Source of the DNA: Hungatella hathewayi
GTDB taxonomy: Bacteria; Bacillota; Clostridia; Lachnospirales; Lachnospiraceae
Reading direction: 5' to 3' (one strand)
Length of the DNA: 32,000 nt
Assembly: GCF_025149285.1 (NCBI RefSeq)
Contig: NZ_CP102274.1
Shown here: in pieces, positions 7,224 to 16,294 of the stretch
Layout of the letters: each line of letters opens with the position of its first letter
How positions within the stretch are numbered: the stretch's first letter is position 1
Program-made: the position numbers and the translations under genes
The notes under the pieces: model-generated
Databases searched by the model: none
What the model was told of the DNA's origin: nothing
The model's input: the letters and a program-made list of their open reading frames with translations, nothing else

Positions 7224-8945
7224 ATGAAACTGAAAAGTCAGGAAGTCCGTGCGCTGGCGCCGGAGATGGATCCGCTGCGCATGGGAATGGGCTGGAAAGC
7301 AGAGGATCTGTCAAAGCCTCAGATTATAGTAGAAAGCACATTTGGAGACAGCCATCCGGGCAGCGCTCATTTATTAGGGCTCGTAGAAGAGTCTGTGAAA
7401 GGAATCAATCACAGCGGAGGCAAGGGAGCGCGGTATTTTGCCACGGACATCTGCGACGGCATGGCTCAGGGCCACGACGGAATCAACTACTCTCTCGCCT
7501 CCCGCGACACCATATGCAGCATGATTGAAATTCACGCAAACGCCACCACCTTTGACGCCGGTGTTTTTATTGCCAGCTGCGACAAAGCAGTTCCGGCTCA
7601 TTTAATGGCAATCGGCAGACTGAAGATTCCGTCAATCGTCGTGACCGGAGGCGTCATGGATGCCGGCCCCGATCTCCTCACCCTGGAACAGATCGGAATG
7701 TACAGCGCCAAATGCCAGAGAGGCGAAATCACAGAGGAACAGCTGACCTGGTACAAACAGCACGCCTGTCCTTCCTGCGGCGCCTGCTCTTTTATGGGAA
7801 CGGCTTCCACCATGCAGATTATGGCGGAGGCGCTGGGACTGATGCTTCCGGGCACCGCCCTGATGCCGGCCACCTGCGAAGATTTGAAGAAGGCGGCCTA
7901 TGACGCCGGAGTACAGTCGGTAAAGCTGGCGCAGACGGGGCTGAAATCCACCGATATTGTAACGATGAAGTCCTTTGAAAATGCCATCATGGTGCACGCT
8001 GCCATATCCGGATCCAGCAATTCCCTGCTTCACATTCCGGCCGCAGCCCATGAGTTCGGTTATGAACTCGATGCGGACTATTTCGACCGTATGCACCGGA
8101 ATGCCCACTATCTGCTGGACATCCGGCCCGCAGGCAAATGGCCGGCCCAGTATTTCTACTACGCCGGCGGGGTTCCCAGAATTATGGAAGAGATTAAGAG
8201 CATGCTTCATCTCGACGTCTTAACCGTCACCGGCAAGACGCTGGGAGAGAATCTGGAAGACTTAAAGAGCAGCGGTTACTATGAGAAATGTGATGAATAT
8301 CTGGCAAAGGCCGGCCGGAAACGCACCGACATTATTCGGAGCTTCCAGACTCCCATCGGAGACAACGGCACCATCGCAGTTCTTCGCGGCAATCTGGCTC
8401 CCGAGGGCGCAGAGGTGAAGCATTCCGCCGTACCAAAGGAAATGTTCCAGGCCGTGTTAAAGGCGAAGCCCTTCGACTGTGAGGAAGAAGCCATCGCAGC
8501 CGTATTAAACAAAACCATCCGGCCCGGCGACGCCGTTATCATCCGCTATGAAGGGCCAAAGGGAAGCGGTATGCCGGAGATGTTCTACACCACGGAGGCC
8601 ATCTCCTCCGATGAGGAGCTGTCGAAGAGCATTGCCCTCATCACTGACGGACGTTTTTCCGGTGCTTCCAAAGGGCCTGCCATCGGCCATGTATCGCCCG
8701 AAGCCGCAGACGGCGGACCGATCGCCCTGATTGAAGAGGATGACTTAATAGAAATCGATATTCCCGCGAGAATTCTGCGGATTGTCGGAGTCCGGGGAGA
8801 GAAAAAAACAGCGGACGAAATCGACGCCATACTGGCCGGGCGCCGGAAGAACTGGACGCCGAAGCCTGCAAAGTATACCTCCGGCGTGCTGAAGATCTTC
8901 TCTGAACATGCCGTATCGCCGATGAAGGGCGGATATATGGAATAA
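7224..8945 (+). CDS. IlvD/Edd-family dehydratase (sugar-acid dehydratase / dihydroxy-acid dehydratase-like)
   Basis: 573 aa. Family hallmarks are DGMAQGHDGINYSLASRD, the Fe-S ligand region SCDKAVPAHLMA, the CPSCGACSFMGTASTM motif, and C-terminal ITDGRFSGASKGPAIGHVSPEA. RBS AGGAGGA. The substrate cannot be read from the sequence. Confidence 0.85.
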   Translation: MKLKSQEVRALAPEMDPLRMGMGWKAEDLSKPQIIVESTFGDSHPGSAHLLGLVEESVKGINHSGGKGARYFATDICDGMAQGHDGINYSLASRDTICSMIEIHANATTFDAGVFIASCDKAVPAHLMAIGRLKIPSIVVTGGVMDAGPDLLTLEQIGMYSAKCQRGEITEEQLTWYKQHACPSCGACSFMGTASTMQIMAEALGLMLPGTALMPATCEDLKKAAYDAGVQSVKLAQTGLKSTDIVTMKSFENAIMVHAAISGSSNSLLHIPAAAHEFGYELDADYFDRMHRNAHYLLDIRPAGKWPAQYFYYAGGVPRIMEEIKSMLHLDVLTVTGKTLGENLEDLKSSGYYEKCDEYLAKAGRKRTDIIRSFQTPIGDNGTIAVLRGNLAPEGAEVKHSAVPKEMFQAVLKAKPFDCEEEAIAAVLNKTIRPGDAVIIRYEGPKGSGMPEMFYTTEAISSDEELSKSIALITDGRFSGASKGPAIGHVSPEAADGGPIALIEEDDLIEIDIPARILRIVGVRGEKKTADEIDAILAGRRKNWTPKPAKYTSGVLKIFSEHAVSPMKGGYME

Positions 8946-9002
8946 AAGACAGGAAAACCGGGTGCCTCATAAATTTGAGATACCCGGTTTTCCTGTCTTT
9001 TT
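8945..9002. terminator. Bidirectional intrinsic terminator between the convergent dehydratase and DUF4091 genes
   Basis: AAAGACAGGAAAACCGGGT (8945-8963) and ACCCGGTTTTCCTGTCTTT (8982-9000) form a perfect 19-bp stem. It is flanked by A and T runs. Confidence 0.85.
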
Positions 9003-10667
9003 CTAATGGTTCATCCTCTCATCAATCGCCCGGTTCACCTTTTCCCTCAGGCGCAGCAGATATTCGGCTTCTTTCGGATACTTCTTAAACGTAATCCGAT
9101 ACTCCAGCCCCTCATGAATCAGGCGCTCTGTGTAATCCCGGCCGGCCAGTTCCTCCAGCCTTTCCAATGCCCTTAAATCATACATTGCCTCTGTAAGAAC
9201 CATAAAGCGCAGCGAGTCATGGGGAGTCCCGTCTTCCGACGGATAGACGACAAACGGATCCCCCGACGGAAAGCCGCCGCCTGCATCTGTGACCAGATAC
9301 GGATTAACCGCCGATACGGAATGCTGGGAGTTATAAAAATTATATCCCCAGTGAAGGAATCCCTTTATGTGGTACAAATACAGCTGAACTCCCAGAATCC
9401 TGTTTCTGGCGGAAGGCATGGCCATAAACTGATTGCTCACCTCGTATCCCTGAACACAGCAGTAATACGTCCAGAGATCTTTAACTCCGGCTTCAAGAAA
9501 CGGTTCCAGGCAGTCACTGCAGACAATGGGGTGTTCCACCACCCCCGCCTGGTAGATGAAAAAGCTGCTCAGGGCGTCAATTACGCGGCAGTCGGCCAGC
9601 AAGGACCGGATACTCTCCTTCGCCGCGCGGTAGCTTTCCATCTGTTCCCCGTGAGGTTCATCGGAAATATGAAAATACGTCTGTTCAAACATGTCCTCTT
9701 CCTTAAGAACGCGTTTCAGCTCCGGCAGAAAAGCGCTTAAGAATCCGCGATATGCCTCCCCCGCCGCCTCTGTATCCCAGCCAAAGATCTGTCTTTCTTC
9801 CCCGTCCACGAGGGCGATCACTTTGGGGGCATGCTTGGCCCCCCACTGTGTAAACAGGTGGGAAATTTCCAGATATTTGATCCCATTTCTCCTGCACACG
9901 GCAATGAAACGGCGCAGAAGCGAAAAATCAAAGGTATAACCGCTTTCCTCTTTCTTGACGCCCACCAGCTGTACTGTGGTCCTCTCGCCGCCCACCTTCG
10001 TATCCAGAGGCGGGGTGAAGACCGGAGTTAAAAGCATGTTCACCCCATGCTCCGCCGCCGTATGGATGAACCGCTCCAGAATCTCCCAGTGCGTTTCTGA
10101 AAATGGTTTCACCCTGTAATAATCCGCCAGGCAGTCCGCGTGCAGCCATTCCGTGTAGATCAGCCGCTGCTCCGGCAGAACGCTGCGAACCACCTTAAGC
10201 GTAACAGTCTCAGACCAGAGAAGCTCCGTCCCTCTTTTTACAGCCACAGTGACCGGATAAGAGCCGCCGCACATTTCCGGAGTGACCGAAAGATCGATCC
10301 ACACGGCTCTCCACTGGGAGGCGTAGGGCCTCAGAATCCCTCCCTGCACCGGCGTCAGAAGGTCCGGACAGAGGCACGGATCCGTGAATAAATAATTGTC
10401 ATCCAGCTGTTCCCGATACGCTGCCAGCGCAGCCGGTACCAGGTCAACCCTTCTCATACGGATGCGGTCTGCCACAGCCGAGTCAAAGGTAACCGTAATC
10501 TCCTGTTCGTTCAGTTCGCAGCCATCGTACTCCATATAATAAGCCAGCTGCAGGGAAAGCCGCTCTCCGCCCAGAGCGCTGATGGTTTTGCAAAGACGCC
10601 GTTTGGGCCGTCTGCCCGGAAACACCTTTTCCAGGCTGTCTGTCAGTATAAATTCGTAATTCGCCAT
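9003..10667 (-). CDS. DUF4091-domain protein, putative cytoplasmic glycoside hydrolase (GH123-like)
   Basis: 554 aa with no signal peptide. It is the last gene of the ABC sugar operon, starting 13 nt after the permease stop. The N-terminus LTDSLEKVFPGRRP and the central TIM-barrel-like region (HGVNMLLTPVFTPPLDTKVGGERTTVQLV...YFHISDEP...WTYYCC) match my recollection of DUF4091 proteins. The family call is unverified. The stop codon is TAG. Confidence 0.65.
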   Translation of the reverse strand: MANYEFILTDSLEKVFPGRRPKRRLCKTISALGGERLSLQLAYYMEYDGCELNEQEITVTFDSAVADRIRMRRVDLVPAALAAYREQLDDNYLFTDPCLCPDLLTPVQGGILRPYASQWRAVWIDLSVTPEMCGGSYPVTVAVKRGTELLWSETVTLKVVRSVLPEQRLIYTEWLHADCLADYYRVKPFSETHWEILERFIHTAAEHGVNMLLTPVFTPPLDTKVGGERTTVQLVGVKKEESGYTFDFSLLRRFIAVCRRNGIKYLEISHLFTQWGAKHAPKVIALVDGEERQIFGWDTEAAGEAYRGFLSAFLPELKRVLKEEDMFEQTYFHISDEPHGEQMESYRAAKESIRSLLADCRVIDALSSFFIYQAGVVEHPIVCSDCLEPFLEAGVKDLWTYYCCVQGYEVSNQFMAMPSARNRILGVQLYLYHIKGFLHWGYNFYNSQHSVSAVNPYLVTDAGGGFPSGDPFVVYPSEDGTPHDSLRFMVLTEAMYDLRALERLEELAGRDYTERLIHEGLEYRITFKKYPKEAEYLLRLREKVNRAIDERMNH

Positions 10668-10680
10668 AGATTTTCCTTTC

Positions 10681-11496
10681 TCAGCCCTTCACGCCGCTCA
10701 GGGCAATTCCTTCTACAAACTCCTTCTGAAGGAAGATATACAGAATAAAGGGCGGCATAAATGTCAGGGTGGCCCCCGCCATGACCAGGCCGTAATTCGT
10801 TGCATAATTCCCCTGAAGGGAAGCCAGCGCCAGCGTCAGGGTACTCCGGTTCGTATTCGTAATGGCAATTAACGGCCACACAAAGTCATTCCAGGTGGTG
10901 ATAAATGTAAACACGGTCAGCGATACCAGAACCGGTTTGATGAGCGGAACGACAATGGAGTAAAAGATCCGGAATTCTCTGCAGCCATCGATCCGCGCGG
11001 CTTCAATGAGGTCATCCGGCACGCTGGTGATAAACTGCCGGATCAGGAACACGCCAAAGGCATTGACCACCGGAAGCGCCAGAATTAAATAGGTGTTAAG
11101 CAGATGGAGCTTCTGTGCAATCCGGAATAACGGGATTAAGATTACCTGGGAGGGCACCATGAGAGTGGCCAGATAGACGGCAAAGAGAAGCTCACTTCCC
11201 ACAAATTTCTTTTTTTCAAAACCATAGGCAGCCGCAGAGGAGATCACCGCATTGAGAACGCAGGCAATGACCACGACAGACACACTGTTGTATAAATATT
11301 TTCCAAATTCAAAATTTTTGAAAATGGTCGAATAGTTTCTAAGATTTAGTCCCGACAGCCCCAGATTCAGTTCCATCGAATACGTCTGACGCATGGATGT
11401 CAGTATCATATAGACGAACGGGAACAAGGCAGCCAGTGCAAGCACTGCAAGGAGAACCGTCTCGGCCCAGAGGACAGGCTGTATTTTCTTTTCCAT
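10681..11496 (-). CDS. Carbohydrate ABC transporter permease (MalG/CUT1-type)
   Basis: 271 aa with 6 predicted TM segments. It carries the EAA loop motif IEAARIDGCREFRIFYSIVVPLIKP. RBS GGAGGAG. Confidence 0.9.
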   Translation of the reverse strand: MEKKIQPVLWAETVLLAVLALAALFPFVYMILTSMRQTYSMELNLGLSGLNLRNYSTIFKNFEFGKYLYNSVSVVVIACVLNAVISSAAAYGFEKKKFVGSELLFAVYLATLMVPSQVILIPLFRIAQKLHLLNTYLILALPVVNAFGVFLIRQFITSVPDDLIEAARIDGCREFRIFYSIVVPLIKPVLVSLTVFTFITTWNDFVWPLIAITNTNRSTLTLALASLQGNYATNYGLVMAGATLTFMPPFILYIFLQKEFVEGIALSGVKG

Positions 11497-11498
11497 TT

Positions 11499-12383
11499 TT
11501 ACTCTCCTCCTTTTCCACTGAACACCTTCTTCTGAAGGATCGAGATCAGAATGACAATCAGGAACAGAACAAACGCCATGGCGCTGGCATACCCCATCTT
11601 ATACTGCTTAAATCCGGACTGATAGATGGACATTACCATGGTGATCGTCGCCGTTCCGGGGCCGCCTCCGGTCATGGTGTAAACCAGGTCGAACACCTGG
11701 AAGGACCAGATGGTCCCCAGTGTTACCACCAGGTACGTAATCGGCTTCAGCGCCGGGACCGTAATATAGAAAAACTGCTGAAGGGAAGACGCGCCGTCCA
11801 CTTTTGCGGCCTCGTAATGACTCCTCGGCACATCCATAAGCCCTGCATAATAGATAACCAGGAAGTAACCTACATTTTTCCATATGGCCACAATACTGAC
11901 ACTGATCAGCGCCAGATTATATCTTCCCAGCCAGTTTACCTTTCCAATCCCCACGAGGGCCAGAATGTTATTGATGATTCCTCCTTCTGTGGCAAGCATG
12001 AACTTCCAGACCGTACCGACCAGAACCATGGATGAGATGACCGGGATGAACAGGGTGCTCTTAAAAAAGTTGCCGAGCTTCCCCCGGAACCGGGAAGCCA
12101 GCAGATTGGCAATCACCAGTGACAGTACGGTCTGTATCGGAACCGTAACAAGCGTATAGATTACCGTATTGCGGATTGCCGGACGGAAAAACGGATCGCC
12201 GGCCATACTTTTATAATTATCCAGTCCGATCCACACCGGCGGCTTCAGCACGCTGTATTCCGTAAAGCTGAAGTATCCGGTCATACACAGCGGAATCAGA
12301 GAAAACAGCACCAGCAGCAGAAAGCTGGGCAGCACATATAAAAAACCATTGTTTTTTTTAATAAATTCCTGTATCCCCTTCAA
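11499..12383 (-). CDS. Carbohydrate ABC transporter permease (MalF/CUT1-type)
   Basis: It has the EAA loop YEAAKVDGASSLQQFFYITVPALKP. The ORF track starts at GTG 12446, which lacks an RBS. I prefer TTG 12383 (MKGIQEFIKKNNGFLYVLPSFLL...), which has AAAGGGGA 8 nt upstream. The start is uncertain; the body is secure. Confidence 0.85.
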   Translation of the reverse strand: MKGIQEFIKKNNGFLYVLPSFLLLVLFSLIPLCMTGYFSFTEYSVLKPPVWIGLDNYKSMAGDPFFRPAIRNTVIYTLVTVPIQTVLSLVIANLLASRFRGKLGNFFKSTLFIPVISSMVLVGTVWKFMLATEGGIINNILALVGIGKVNWLGRYNLALISVSIVAIWKNVGYFLVIYYAGLMDVPRSHYEAAKVDGASSLQQFFYITVPALKPITYLVVTLGTIWSFQVFDLVYTMTGGGPGTATITMVMSIYQSGFKQYKMGYASAMAFVLFLIVILISILQKKVFSGKGGE

Positions 12384-12464
12384 GCAGATGATCCCCTTTC
12401 TAAAACGATGCCGCGGAACATGTTCCTGGGAATGGTTCTGCGGCACCGTGACGTTTTTCTTTAC

Positions 12465-13826
12465 TTACTTATTCTGCGACAGCGTATTATTCGCATAGTC
12501 AGCTGCATTTTTCAATGCCTCCTCAGGCGTCATCTGCCCAAGCATCATAAGCTGAAGGTTCTTGTATAAATTATCATAGACGGCTGCGGATCCCTGAACG
12601 GCGGGAAGCGTAATGAGAGCATCCTGATTGTCCTCATATACCGTTTTAAACGCCGGGTCGTCGTGGTACTCCTCATCCTTTGCTACAGGCGGAAATGCCG
12701 CCATCTCATGGAACTTTGTCATAGAGGGACCGCTCAGCATGTATTTCACCATTTTCACCGCCAGGTCTTTGTTTTTGCTGGCGCTGATCAGCACCAGGGA
12801 ATCGGCTGACGCAAATGTTCCCATTCTCTGATCTTTCAGTGAGGTGAAAAAGCCCCAGTCGATACCGGCCTCTTTAAATGCACTTCCCTGATTCGTGGGA
12901 CTTACGACAAACGCCGTATTACCCGCCTTAAATTCTGCAAACACCTGATCCTCTGACATGGACGTGATGGATTCCGGCATAATTCCATCCTTAAACCGTA
13001 AATCCGCCAGGAACTGGGCCGCCTTAACGCCTGCTTCACTGTCAAATGCCGCTTTTGTACCATCTTCGCTGAAGATTTCTCCGCCTGCCTGCCATAAATA
13101 CGGGAAGAAGATGGAATTCATGGCACCCTTGGACTTGTCTCCCCACTGCTGAAGCATCGGAGTCTTGCCGATGGCCGCCACCTTCCGGCATGCGTCTTCA
13201 AATTCCTCCCACGTCTGAGGAACCGTTTCTACGCCGGCTTCTTTTAATATTGCCTTGTTATAGAACATCACACGGGCGCTTCCTACTACAATCGGCATGG
13301 CGTACTGTTTTCCGTCGATGACGCCTTTATCAAGATAGTAGTAATTATCCCTGTCTTCCGCCGTAAGATACTCATCGAACGGTGTGATGGCACCTGCTTT
13401 TATGTAGTCGTTGATCATTTCCATATACATATAACCAACATCAGGCCCCTGCCCCGAGGAAATTCCGGTCAGATACTTTTCTTCGTAATTACTCCACGGA
13501 ATAATCTCTATGGAAACCTGGGCGTTATTCTCCTCCTCAAACGGCTTTAAGATCTCTCCCCACACTTCCTTATCAAGGGACTCTTCCGTTCCAAACGGCG
13601 GCATCCAGAGCACCAGTTTCGTTTTCTCTCCTCCGGCTGTCTCCCCTCCCGCTTTCTGTTCAGCGGCGTCACTGATACCGGTCTCCTTTGCGGTTCCCGC
13701 TGTCTCACTGCCGTCTCCGGCGGCCGTTCCTTCCTTCCCTCCGTTTGCTCCGCAGCCTGTGGCCAGCATCCCGGCCATCGCCCCTGCAAGCACAAGACTC
13801 AGACATTTCTTCATTCTCTTTTTCAT
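12465..13826 (-). CDS. ABC transporter extracellular sugar-binding lipoprotein (solute-binding family 1)
   Basis: 453 aa. The signal peptide has the lipobox LATGCG and is followed by a low-complexity G/T/A/E linker. The body is SBP_bac_1-like (LVLWMPPFG..., PMLQQWGD). RBS GGAGG 9 nt upstream. Confidence 0.9.
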   Translation of the reverse strand: MKKRMKKCLSLVLAGAMAGMLATGCGANGGKEGTAAGDGSETAGTAKETGISDAAEQKAGGETAGGEKTKLVLWMPPFGTEESLDKEVWGEILKPFEEENNAQVSIEIIPWSNYEEKYLTGISSGQGPDVGYMYMEMINDYIKAGAITPFDEYLTAEDRDNYYYLDKGVIDGKQYAMPIVVGSARVMFYNKAILKEAGVETVPQTWEEFEDACRKVAAIGKTPMLQQWGDKSKGAMNSIFFPYLWQAGGEIFSEDGTKAAFDSEAGVKAAQFLADLRFKDGIMPESITSMSEDQVFAEFKAGNTAFVVSPTNQGSAFKEAGIDWGFFTSLKDQRMGTFASADSLVLISASKNKDLAVKMVKYMLSGPSMTKFHEMAAFPPVAKDEEYHDDPAFKTVYEDNQDALITLPAVQGSAAVYDNLYKNLQLMMLGQMTPEEALKNAADYANNTLSQNK

Positions 13827-14003
13827 TATTTTTGCCTCCTTTTCCTATCTGTTTGGTGATGGCCTTATCATAGCATTGAAACCCCCATCCTGTATATTTT
13901 CTATTTTTGTGCTGTTTTTCTAATTTGCAAATACCTAATATTGATATTTCGAGGCACTGTGATATACATTTTTTCACTGATTTTCAATTTTTTAGGTCAA
14001 AAT

Positions 14004-14046
14004 CAAAAAAACTGATTAAAATATCACCATTTTAATCAGTTTTTTA
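14004..14046. terminator. Intrinsic terminator after the AraC-type regulator gene
   Basis: ACTGATTAAA (14011-14020) and TTTAATCAGT (14031-14040) form a 10-bp stem with a 10-nt loop. An A7 run lies to the left and a T5 run to the right. On the minus strand the hairpin is followed by TTTTTTTG. Confidence 0.7.
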
Positions 14047-14050
14047 TGCA

Positions 14051-16273
14051 TTATTTTTTCTTGTAACGGCCTGGAGTCGTGTTTTCAAACTGCTTAAACA
14101 CCCGGATAAAGGCGGCGTCACTGGAAAATCCCACAGACAGCGCGATTTCCTTGATGTTCTCGTCCGTATTCACAATGAGGCGTTTGGCCTTTTCGATCCT
14201 CAGGCTGTTGATATACTGTGCGATGCCGATTCCATATTTTTTCTTGAAGGTGGTAGATAAGTAGGTATTGCTCACTCCAAGCATATCGGAAATACTGTAA
14301 AGTCCGATCATGGGGTCTTCGAAGTTTAAATTAATATACTGCCTGGCCCGTTCCGCAATATTCTCCTTTTGATCCAGCTGACGCTTCTGCTGCCACCGGA
14401 TCAGATACCCGAAGCCTTCATGGAGAAGCTTCAGCAGCTTCTGTCCATCCTTTGCCTCGGAAAGACTGCCGATGTACTCTTCCATGTGATACCCGGTACG
14501 GTCATCCGCATGGTGTTCCAGCGCCATCAGTACGGGATTGATCACCGCATATTTTTTCGCCCTGCTGGTGTAGACATTGCGGTCATTCCCAATATACTGG
14601 TTGAAAAGGAGATCCAGCAGGCGGTCGGCCTCCTCAAACTTCTCTTCCAGCATGGCCATCTCATACTCCGGCATGACGCTCACGTATACGTCATTCTCCT
14701 GTCTTCCCACCATCGTTTCATCGTAGAAGAACACGCGGCCCCTGTCATTCTCACAGAATTCGGCAACCATCTGGGCCTGATGGAAACTGGTTATGATATT
14801 GGACATGGAATCATAGATACCGCCCAGCATTATTCTGCATTCCACCAGGGAGTGAAGACTGTTTAGAATTTCTGCCGCAATATCCCGCATCTCTGCCTTT
14901 CCGTATTCCGGTTCCATATGAAACAGAAGTGCCAGACTTCCGTCAAACTCGGCAGTTATGACTGCGATATCCTCTCTGCCCTTCAGCACACTGCGGATTC
15001 TCATGTCCGCGTCATGGATCTCTTCCTGACTGAATCCCATGGGATTCCGGATCAGCCCGACCTGAAACAGGGAGTATTCCATCTGGATTCCGAACTTCTG
15101 CATGGAAGCAAATATCACGGAATTATTGCGCTCCTCGCTGCTTAAAAGATTGCAGAGGAACAGCCCCTCGATGGCCTCCCTCTGTTCCTCCAGCTTCCGG
15201 GTGCTCTCCACATTGGTTTTCAGCATCTGGCTGATTCCGCTGTCAATCAGGTCGTAATCGTCCAGGAAACGTCCGCCCTCATCCGTCTTATTCGCCAGCT
15301 TGTCCAGTATGTCCTTAAGCGGCTTTGCATTGCGGCGTCCCAGGAGCACGAATAAGCCCGCGCCGAATATCATACACAGGCCGATGGACACATAGGCGAT
15401 GTTCCGGATAAAGTAACCGGAATCCAGCAGCTTTCGCCGTTCTATTAAGGTGACGTATTGGATTCCGTAATAATCCGATTCCATAACGGAACCGTAATTG
15501 CCCTGCAGCTTAAATAATGGCTTTCCTCCGTTTTCCCGCATGCTTTCCTTCAGCTCTGCAGGAGAGATCCCCGACCCAAAGCTGGCATAGACAGAATCAT
15601 CCCCGGCAACGACCGCCGTCATGGTATTCCCCATCCCCTCGTTTGCATTCCGGAGAATCGATTCCACCTCCGATTTGTTGATGAGGATCACCAAAACAGC
15701 CGATTTGTCACTGGATAAATCGTAGGGGAGCTGCCGGAACAGGCACAGTTCCAGGCTGCCGTCGCTCTGCGCCATGAAGCTGTAGCCGTCTCGCTTCTGA
15801 CCGCCGGCAATCTCCAGCCACTCCTCATATCCGTCCAGCTTTAAATCATTTTTCAGCAGATAGTATTTCTCCGCTCCGAAGTTTCCCAGATCGCCTACTA
15901 CATAGTTTAAATGAGGGTAATAGACGTAAATTTCCTTAATAAAGGTGTTGGAAAGCTTGTAATCATAGAGCTGGCGCGAAAACTGGATCAGAAAATCCTT
16001 ATCGATCTCACTCAGTTCCTTTGATCGGCTCAGCTTCAGGTTCACAGCGTTCATCTGGAGCTGGGCGGCAAAGCTGTCGATGTCATTCAACCGTATATCA
16101 ATGCTGGTCTGAAGCACGGAAGTCAGACCGTGGTTCAGCTCCTCGATCTCTCCGGAGAACTCTTTTACCATCCAGGTGGTGAGCGCCACCAGCATGCCGA
16201 TCATTACGACGGATACGATGATAAAGGACCGCACCCACAGGTAGAGACTCTTGGTAATCTTTCCTTTTTTCAT
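14051..16273 (-). CDS. Membrane-anchored one-component AraC-family transcriptional regulator (TM - extracytoplasmic sensor domain - TM - cytoplasmic linker domain - AraC HTH)
   Basis: 740 aa. TM1 is SFIIVSVVMIGMLVALTTWMV (about residues 16-37). About 255 non-hydrophobic residues follow, then TM2 IAYVSIGLCMIFGAGLFVLLG (about residues 293-313). The cytoplasmic region of about 330 aa has no recognisable receiver or kinase motifs. The C-terminus is an AraC-type double HTH (ISDMLGVSNTYLSTTFKKKYG...IKEIALSVGFSSDAAFIRVFKQFENTTPGRYKK). Confidence 0.85.
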   Translation of the reverse strand: MKKGKITKSLYLWVRSFIIVSVVMIGMLVALTTWMVKEFSGEIEELNHGLTSVLQTSIDIRLNDIDSFAAQLQMNAVNLKLSRSKELSEIDKDFLIQFSRQLYDYKLSNTFIKEIYVYYPHLNYVVGDLGNFGAEKYYLLKNDLKLDGYEEWLEIAGGQKRDGYSFMAQSDGSLELCLFRQLPYDLSSDKSAVLVILINKSEVESILRNANEGMGNTMTAVVAGDDSVYASFGSGISPAELKESMRENGGKPLFKLQGNYGSVMESDYYGIQYVTLIERRKLLDSGYFIRNIAYVSIGLCMIFGAGLFVLLGRRNAKPLKDILDKLANKTDEGGRFLDDYDLIDSGISQMLKTNVESTRKLEEQREAIEGLFLCNLLSSEERNNSVIFASMQKFGIQMEYSLFQVGLIRNPMGFSQEEIHDADMRIRSVLKGREDIAVITAEFDGSLALLFHMEPEYGKAEMRDIAAEILNSLHSLVECRIMLGGIYDSMSNIITSFHQAQMVAEFCENDRGRVFFYDETMVGRQENDVYVSVMPEYEMAMLEEKFEEADRLLDLLFNQYIGNDRNVYTSRAKKYAVINPVLMALEHHADDRTGYHMEEYIGSLSEAKDGQKLLKLLHEGFGYLIRWQQKRQLDQKENIAERARQYINLNFEDPMIGLYSISDMLGVSNTYLSTTFKKKYGIGIAQYINSLRIEKAKRLIVNTDENIKEIALSVGFSSDAAFIRVFKQFENTTPGRYKKK

Positions 16274-16294
16274 CCGTTCATCCCATGCGCCTGA

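Noticed and set aside
7632-8210. 192-aa minus-strand ORF inside the dehydratase gene. The same applies to the other long antisense ORFs at 2938-3561, 11397-12035, 14369-14866 and 23078-23644.
   Set aside because: All are embedded antisense in CDSs with strong family signatures. They lack RBSs and have skewed, low-complexity compositions.
13981-14010. Second AT-only hairpin (TGATTTT ... AAAATCA) next to the AraC-gene terminator
   Set aside because: The 7-bp stem is all A/T with a 14-nt loop, so it is thermodynamically marginal. It is probably just AT-rich spacer in the SBP operon promoter region.
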